A DNA stretch of 31,710 nt, from positions 1 to 31,710 of the IMG/VR virus record IMGVR_UViG_3300044820_000072; one strand, 5' to 3'. Below are positions 25,946-31,710 of the stretch, one piece after another. A model generated the notes under the pieces. That model was not told the DNA's origin. It made no database searches and saw nothing but the letters and a program-made list of their open reading frames with translations. Every line of letters starts with the position of its first letter. Within the stretch, counting starts at the first letter, position 1. The position numbers and the translations under genes are program-made. This DNA is from a virus. Taxonomy: Duplodnaviria > Caudoviricetes.

Positions 25946-27162
25946 TGGCTCTAGCTGCATATCAACAGGCGCTCAATAATACCACGAGCTCGTACGACCC
26001 GGCTACGGCGTCGATCAGTCCGATTGCCCGCTCTGCGATCAGCATGGATCAAGGCACGAGTCCCGACCTGTCGGCGCTCATCGCGCAGCTCATGGGCGGC
26101 AGCTCCGGCAGCACCGCGAGCTCGAACCAGAACGCGCTTCAGCCCGCCTACTTGCCGACCCCGGTGCAGATCCAGCCGACCCTGTTCTCCGGCGCGCAGA
26201 TGAACCCGGCGGCGACCGTCGATCCGTCGCAGCTTCCGCAGGTCAACGCGCCCCAGGTGAACGCGCAGCAGATCAACCCGAACCAGCTTCAGAAGGTCAA
26301 CGCCCAGCAGATCGACTCCTCGCAGTTCTCCCCGAACTCGGCGATCGCGCAGCTCATGTCGTCGTTCGCCCCGCAGGCGACTCGCTCGACGAACGCGCTC
26401 AACGACCAGCTTGCAGCGGCGGGCATCGTCGGCGGAGCGGGCGTCAACGCGCAGAACGAGCTTCAGGGGCAACTCGCCTCCTCGCTCGGGAGCGCCATCG
26501 CGCCGCTCATCCAGAACTCGAACCAGCAGATGCTCTCGGCGCAGCAGGCGAACCAAGGTTCGAATCTCACCGGCCAGCAGGCGAACCTCGGGGCTCTCAT
26601 GCAGACGCTCCTCGGGAATCAGAGCGCGAACCTTTCCGGCCAGCAGACGAACGCGAGCACCGGGCTCTCCGGGCAGCAGTCGAACCTGTCGGCGCTTATG
26701 AACGTGCTCATGGGCAACCAAGGCGCGCTCAACACGGCGAACTACCAGCAGGCCGGACTCACGCAGCAGGCGGGGCTCTCGAATCAGAACGCCTCGAACA
26801 ACGCCGCGTACACGAACGCCGGGGCCTACAACGCGACCGACGCGACCAACGTCGGATCGTACAACTCCGCGCAGCAAGCGCTGTTCAACTCGATCATGCA
26901 GCAGTACCAGAACCAGCAGAATCAGTTCGGCGCGATCAACAGCGGCGCTCAGTCGGGCTCGAATCAGCAGGCCGTGAACTACGGCAATTCCTACCAGATC
27001 CCAACGGGCGCGGCCGCCGGCGCGTCGGCGTTCGGGACGGCTCTCGGTCAATCGCTCTACAAGCCGCCGAACACGACCACGCCCGCGATACCATCGACGA
27101 CGTCGGCACCGACGCAAACCGGATGGCAGTCCGGTGAGGCGGGCGCGGGGTACGGGGTCTAA
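25945..27162 (+). CDS. Putative DNA ejection protein 2 with hendecad repeats
   Basis: Q/N/A/S-rich, nearly uncharged; 11-aa periodic Asn; Gly/Ala C-terminal segment. Confidence 0.7.
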   Translation: MALAAYQQALNNTTSSYDPATASISPIARSAISMDQGTSPDLSALIAQLMGGSSGSTASSNQNALQPAYLPTPVQIQPTLFSGAQMNPAATVDPSQLPQVNAPQVNAQQINPNQLQKVNAQQIDSSQFSPNSAIAQLMSSFAPQATRSTNALNDQLAAAGIVGGAGVNAQNELQGQLASSLGSAIAPLIQNSNQQMLSAQQANQGSNLTGQQANLGALMQTLLGNQSANLSGQQTNASTGLSGQQSNLSALMNVLMGNQGALNTANYQQAGLTQQAGLSNQNASNNAAYTNAGAYNATDATNVGSYNSAQQALFNSIMQQYQNQQNQFGAINSGAQSGSNQQAVNYGNSYQIPTGAAAGASAFGTALGQSLYKPPNTTTPAIPSTTSAPTQTGWQSGEAGAGYGV

Positions 27163-28286
27163 TGCCGTACCAAGTCGACGATCCCCTCGGGGCTGGGCTC
27201 GGCGCGGCGGCGGGCGCTCTCCAAGGCCAGCTTCAGCAGAAGCAGGTCGCGATTCAGAACGCGCTCGCGCAGCAGAAGGCGAACAGCGAGCAGGCGCTTC
27301 AGGCCGCGCAGGCCGGGGCCTACGGCGCGCTGGGCGACCAGCGGGACGCGACCGCTCGATGGCGAGACGCGCAGCAGAAGCAAATCATTGACCTGCTCCC
27401 GTTCGCCGAAGAAAAGACGCGCGCGAAAGCGGTGCAGCTTTACGCGCAGGGCCGCTACGATGACGCGCACGCTCTCCTTGCCAACGCGCAAACCGTCACG
27501 CAGGGGACGATACAAAACAAGAACATCGCGGACACGACGCGCATTTACAAGGGACAGATTCCGCTCGACAAGGCGCACGCGGAATATTACAGCTCGCTTC
27601 CATCTTACAACGCCCAGAAAATCCAAGAGCTGTACGCCTCGCTCGACCAGCAAGGTCGCAACGAAGCCTCGCAGCTCACAAACCGACTTCAGATTGCGGG
27701 TGGGAACCAATCGACCGCCTATGCTATCGCTCTCATGTCGCAAGTCAACAAAGCGAACGGCATGAACGAGCAGAACGCCGTCAAGTCTGCGATCGAACAG
27801 TACAAGGGCGACACGGCGCTGTACCTTCAGCGGGTGAAGCAAGACGCGGCGATCCGCGCAAGCGGCGGCGCTGGCCTTCCTGGCGGCGTCGGGCAGGCTC
27901 CTCAGTTCGTCATGCCGCCGGTCCAGGCGTCACCGACGATTCAGGTAATCAACGTGCCGAACCCGAACGGCGGAGCGCCGATGCAGGTTCCGGTCGTCCA
28001 GCGTCCGCACCCTCCGGCAGCGAAGCCTGCTGCCGCGACTCCGCCAGCAGCGACTACCGCGCCTGCTCCTCCGCAGGATCAGAGCTTCGGAGGCCAGGTG
28101 TCGCGATTCTTCGGCGGTATCTTCGGCAGCGGCAAGCCAGCGTCCGCGGCGGCTCCGGGCGGCCTGAAACCGCGACTCGGACCGCCGCCAGGATTGCCCC
28201 CAGGGGCCACGTTCGTCGGCCCTGGTCCGAAGGGCGGTGACTTGTACCAATTCCCTGACGGCTCGAAGAAAGAGTGGACGGGCTAA
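27162..28286 (+). CDS. Putative DNA ejection protein 3
   Basis: LGAGLGAAAGAL start, Q/A helix, Pro-rich tail. Confidence 0.65.
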   Translation: MPYQVDDPLGAGLGAAAGALQGQLQQKQVAIQNALAQQKANSEQALQAAQAGAYGALGDQRDATARWRDAQQKQIIDLLPFAEEKTRAKAVQLYAQGRYDDAHALLANAQTVTQGTIQNKNIADTTRIYKGQIPLDKAHAEYYSSLPSYNAQKIQELYASLDQQGRNEASQLTNRLQIAGGNQSTAYAIALMSQVNKANGMNEQNAVKSAIEQYKGDTALYLQRVKQDAAIRASGGAGLPGGVGQAPQFVMPPVQASPTIQVINVPNPNGGAPMQVPVVQRPHPPAAKPAAATPPAATTAPAPPQDQSFGGQVSRFFGGIFGSGKPASAAAPGGLKPRLGPPPGLPPGATFVGPGPKGGDLYQFPDGSKKEWTG

Positions 28287-28289
28287 CCG

Positions 28290-30893
28290 ATGCCTTGGAA
28301 CGACGTCGGCGCGGCTCCGCAGGCTCCGCAGGCTCCGGCTCCGGCCGCGAGCGGCGGTTGGTCCGACGTCGAACCCGCGACGAATCCGGTCGGCAACACC
28401 ATCCATGCGATCCTCGGAGCGGCCGCAAAGGGCGCGGGTACGCTCGGCCGAGTGCTCGACACGCCGCGCTGGGCAACCGCAGTCGGCACGACGGGGCTCA
28501 CGAACCCGGACGCGCAGCGCGCGGAGTATCGCCGCCGACTCGGCATTTCCGACTCGTATGCGCAAGACCCGCATTGGTGGCAGGGGCTCGTCGACGCGGG
28601 CGTTGACACGATCACCGACCCGTCCGTGGTCTTCGGCGGCCCGATCCTCCGTGGCGCGGCGAAAGGCGTCAAGCTCGCCTCGGAAGCGGCAATGGGGATC
28701 AAGCCCGTCGCCGCAGCGGCAGAGCACGTCGCGCCGCTCGGGAATTGGGTACACGATCAGTTCACGTTCGCAGGGCCGGAGGTGCGAGAGTTCGGGCAGA
28801 GCGCCGTCGACCAGGCCGTAGGCGCGAAGGCGAAGGCGTCGACGAACCAGCAGCAGCTCGACGCGCTCTTGCAGCAGAAACTTCAGAACCTCCGTGCGCC
28901 GCTCTCGGAGCAGGATTGGAACGACGTCCTCGCCGTTCGCAACGGACAGAAATCCGCGATGTTCCCCGGCACGAACACGCTCAACGTGTCGCCGGCTGCG
29001 CTCAAAGCCGCGAACGACCTGAAGGCCCTGACCGACCAGGCTGCGCTTCTTCGGCCGAACGCGAACCTAACGAAGATCCTCGGGTTCGACCTGTCCGGAC
29101 CGAAGCCGCCGGGTGCGAAAACGATCATGGCGACGCGCACGCCGCCGGGACCGACGTTCAACCCGAACGCAGCCGCAGGGTCGATCGACGACCTCGTGGC
29201 CGCAGCGAAGGCTGACACCGATCGGTTCCTCAAGGACGGCGGCGCGAAGATGCTCCCCGAGGACGGCCCGCGCATCGGGCTCTCTCCGGCGGCGACGCTC
29301 GGCGTCAAGAGCGGCAAGTACACCGTCAAGGCGATGGCACCGGGGCCGACTCAGAAGATGCTCGAGGACGCGCTCGGTCCCGACCTGCTTCCTTTCAAGG
29401 TCCCGCAGGCTGGAGTCGATCCCGCCACGGGCGCGTTCGTGCGCGATCCGTACCGAAAGTTCTACGTCCCCGGTCCGCGCGAAGCGAAGGCCGTCGACGA
29501 AGCGAATCGGCCGGCGTTCACGCACGACCCGTTCGATCCGTTTGACCCGAACCTCGAGCATCGCGTCAACCCGTTCCAAGTCGGCGGCGTCGAGGAGAAC
29601 CAGAAGTTCACCGACGCGCTCTCGAATATGCTCTCGTCGACCGCGCGCAACGTCAGCGATGCGAGCCTTCGGAACGACCTAGCGCATCGGCTCGGCGTCG
29701 CGGCCCCGGCCGATATTCCCGACGCGCTCAAGAAGCTCACGCGCACGACCTACCAGGCGACCGGGAACGAGCGGACCCCCGAGCAGGCCGCGCAGGACGT
29801 ATGGCGCTCGCTCATCTCCTTGCCGAAGCAGGCCGTCGTCGGAACGTCGCCGCGCCACATTTTCAACATCGCGGGACTTCAGGCGGTCGCCGACCCTGGA
29901 TCGATCCCAGGAACCGTCAAGGACACGCTCAACATCCTCGCGCACCCCGACCAGCGCGACACGATCCTCTCGGACCTCATTAACAAGTACGGCGCGGGCG
30001 GCCCCGAGTTCGACCGCACGACCCCGGTCGCCGACTTCCTCGCGAAGCTCAACACGCCGACGCGCGCGGCCGGCGGCGCGGCGATCGGCGGCACGAGCGG
30101 CGCGCTCTCACAGAACCCGGACCACAGCGAGATCGACCCAGGCGAGCGGCTGCGGCGCATCCTCACGGGAGCGGCGGTCGGCGCGGGTACGGGCGCGGTC
30201 GCTCCTTCGGCCATGCAGTTCTTCAACAAGGCGACCTGGGCATACGACGACGCCGCGGTGCAGCGCATGGCGCAGGGACTCGAGAAGAAGGGGCTTGCCA
30301 CGGGCTACGATGCGGGGCGTCAGGCGCGCCGTTCGCTCGTCGACTACACGAACGTCTCGCCCTTCACCGAGGCGGCAAAGAACGCGCTACCGTTCGCGAC
30401 GTTCAACACGCAGATCCCGGGAGCCGTTCTCTCGGCTGTCGCCAAGAACCCCGTCCGCACGGAAGCGCTCAACCGCCTCTCGGGCGGCGCGCTCCTCGGG
30501 GGCGACGTGCAGCCCGGAGGACCCGGCGGCGACAAGGTGCGGCTCTACAACCCGCCTGCCGAAATAGGACGTATGGACGTTCCTGGTTTCGTGCGGAAAT
30601 CGCTCGCCGATCCGATCAAGATGGGGATCGACGCGGCCGGATTCGACCAAGGTACGCGGCGCGTCGGCGGCAAGGTAGTTCCCCAGCATTTCTGGACCTA
30701 CGGGCAAAACACACATAACCCCGTTGACCTTTTGCGGCTGCTCATCAACATGGGAGCCGGAAGTCTGCCGGAGGCCAGGACCGTTTTGCAGCAGGCCGGA
30801 TACGGCCCGTTCCCCGCGCGTCCTTGGCTCGACGAATTGCTGCAATCGTCGACCGGCGTCCGTGTTTCAACACCGAAGGGATCAGCGAGGTAA
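28290..30893 (+). CDS. Large putative internal virion/ejection protein
   Basis: 867 aa; W-x-DV N-terminal repeats, GAAIGG/GAAVGAG glycine zippers; last gene before lysis module. Confidence 0.65.
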   Translation: MPWNDVGAAPQAPQAPAPAASGGWSDVEPATNPVGNTIHAILGAAAKGAGTLGRVLDTPRWATAVGTTGLTNPDAQRAEYRRRLGISDSYAQDPHWWQGLVDAGVDTITDPSVVFGGPILRGAAKGVKLASEAAMGIKPVAAAAEHVAPLGNWVHDQFTFAGPEVREFGQSAVDQAVGAKAKASTNQQQLDALLQQKLQNLRAPLSEQDWNDVLAVRNGQKSAMFPGTNTLNVSPAALKAANDLKALTDQAALLRPNANLTKILGFDLSGPKPPGAKTIMATRTPPGPTFNPNAAAGSIDDLVAAAKADTDRFLKDGGAKMLPEDGPRIGLSPAATLGVKSGKYTVKAMAPGPTQKMLEDALGPDLLPFKVPQAGVDPATGAFVRDPYRKFYVPGPREAKAVDEANRPAFTHDPFDPFDPNLEHRVNPFQVGGVEENQKFTDALSNMLSSTARNVSDASLRNDLAHRLGVAAPADIPDALKKLTRTTYQATGNERTPEQAAQDVWRSLISLPKQAVVGTSPRHIFNIAGLQAVADPGSIPGTVKDTLNILAHPDQRDTILSDLINKYGAGGPEFDRTTPVADFLAKLNTPTRAAGGAAIGGTSGALSQNPDHSEIDPGERLRRILTGAAVGAGTGAVAPSAMQFFNKATWAYDDAAVQRMAQGLEKKGLATGYDAGRQARRSLVDYTNVSPFTEAAKNALPFATFNTQIPGAVLSAVAKNPVRTEALNRLSGGALLGGDVQPGGPGGDKVRLYNPPAEIGRMDVPGFVRKSLADPIKMGIDAAGFDQGTRRVGGKVVPQHFWTYGQNTHNPVDLLRLLINMGAGSLPEARTVLQQAGYGPFPARPWLDELLQSSTGVRVSTPKGSAR

Positions 30894-30895
30894 AC

Positions 30896-31156
30896 GTGAC
30901 TACGCCATGCACCCAAGAAGAAAGATTGGCGCGAATGGAAAACGCAATCTTCGGCCACCACAAAGACAACGAGTGGCACGACGGAATCTCACAAAAGGTC
31001 GATGACCTGTTATCCAAATACAACGAAAGCGTGCGGCTTATAAAGCCGTGGATCTTGGCGTTGATCGGCCTCGGCGTCGTGAACCTCATGACGAACGGCA
31101 GCGGGTTCTCGCAGCAAATCCTCAAGTTCCTTCCGGTGCCGATTCCAGGCAAATGA
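30896..31156 (+). CDS. Putative holin or lysis membrane protein
   Basis: GAGG RBS with GTG; N-terminal coil then one TM segment (WILALIGLGVVNLM); directly before the lysin. Confidence 0.5.
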   Translation: MTTPCTQEERLARMENAIFGHHKDNEWHDGISQKVDDLLSKYNESVRLIKPWILALIGLGVVNLMTNGSGFSQQILKFLPVPIPGK

Positions 31157-31632
31157 AGGCGACGCTCGTGTTCAACGGCGCGAGTCGCGTCCTGAAAGGA
31201 TACCTGGCCGGGTTCGGCGCGGGGACTCCTGGCGGGCTCGCGTTCGTCGCGCAATGCCACGACGTCGGCGTGAACGATCAGCAGGTCAAGGACGGCGAGG
31301 ACGTCTACGGGCACCTTTGCAAATGCCCGCCGGGGACGTACATCGTCGGCCGGCCGCAGCATCTCAACCCTCCCGAGCCCGCCTACGGGCGCGCGTTCAT
31401 CCCGCTCTCGGACGGCCCGGACCAAGCCTTCGCCAAGCACGGCCGCGACGGCATCGGCATCCACGGAGGCGGCAGCGACCTGCCCGATCCGTTCGCTCCC
31501 TACCAAGGATGGGAGTGGACGTACGGCTGCCTGCGGCTGCAAAACTCCGCGCTCGAGGGCGTCGTCGTCCCGTTCGTCGAGCAGGCGCTCGCTCGCGGCG
31601 TCACCCCTACCCTGGCGGTCGTATGGCCGTGA
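31153..31632 (+). CDS. L,D-transpeptidase (YkuD/Tlde1-like) fold protein, probable endolysin
   Basis: CPPGTY, IGIHGGG...WTYGCLRL catalytic His/Cys motif. Confidence 0.8.
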   Translation: MKATLVFNGASRVLKGYLAGFGAGTPGGLAFVAQCHDVGVNDQQVKDGEDVYGHLCKCPPGTYIVGRPQHLNPPEPAYGRAFIPLSDGPDQAFAKHGRDGIGIHGGGSDLPDPFAPYQGWEWTYGCLRLQNSALEGVVVPFVEQALARGVTPTLAVVWP

Positions 31633-31650
31633 TGCTATTCTGAGGACAGC

Positions 31651-31710
31651 ATGATCTTTCAATCCGTCGCCACGAAACTCGGTCTTTCCGAGGACCATCT
31701 CGCCGAGGTC
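31651..31710 (+). CDS. Partial ORF (MIFQSVATKLG...) running off the window
   Basis: GAGG RBS and ATG; open to window end. Confidence 0.5.
   Translation, partial: MIFQSVATKLGLSEDHLAEV

Overview
A contiguous segment of a GC-rich, podovirus-like dsDNA phage genome (or prophage). Left to right: a structured leader and HNH gene; a lambda O/DnaC-style replication module with an iteron origin inside the initiator gene; a 941-aa multi-domain lipoprotein; a DUF1064-like nuclease; and a short leftward three-gene operon with its own promoter and terminator. About 1 kb of non-coding, hairpin-dense DNA follows, carrying two inverted 21-bp palindromes and a strand-skew flip (candidate structured RNA and packaging-start region). 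The rest is a putative TerS, a C5 DNA methyltransferase with an overprinted second ORF, TerL, portal, scaffold, major capsid, decoration protein, tail adaptor and nozzle, a signal-peptide-bearing fibre-like protein, four ejection proteins, and a holin plus L,D-transpeptidase-fold lysin. No tape measure, integrase, tRNA or CRISPR array was seen. All family calls come from motif recognition and synteny, not database searches.
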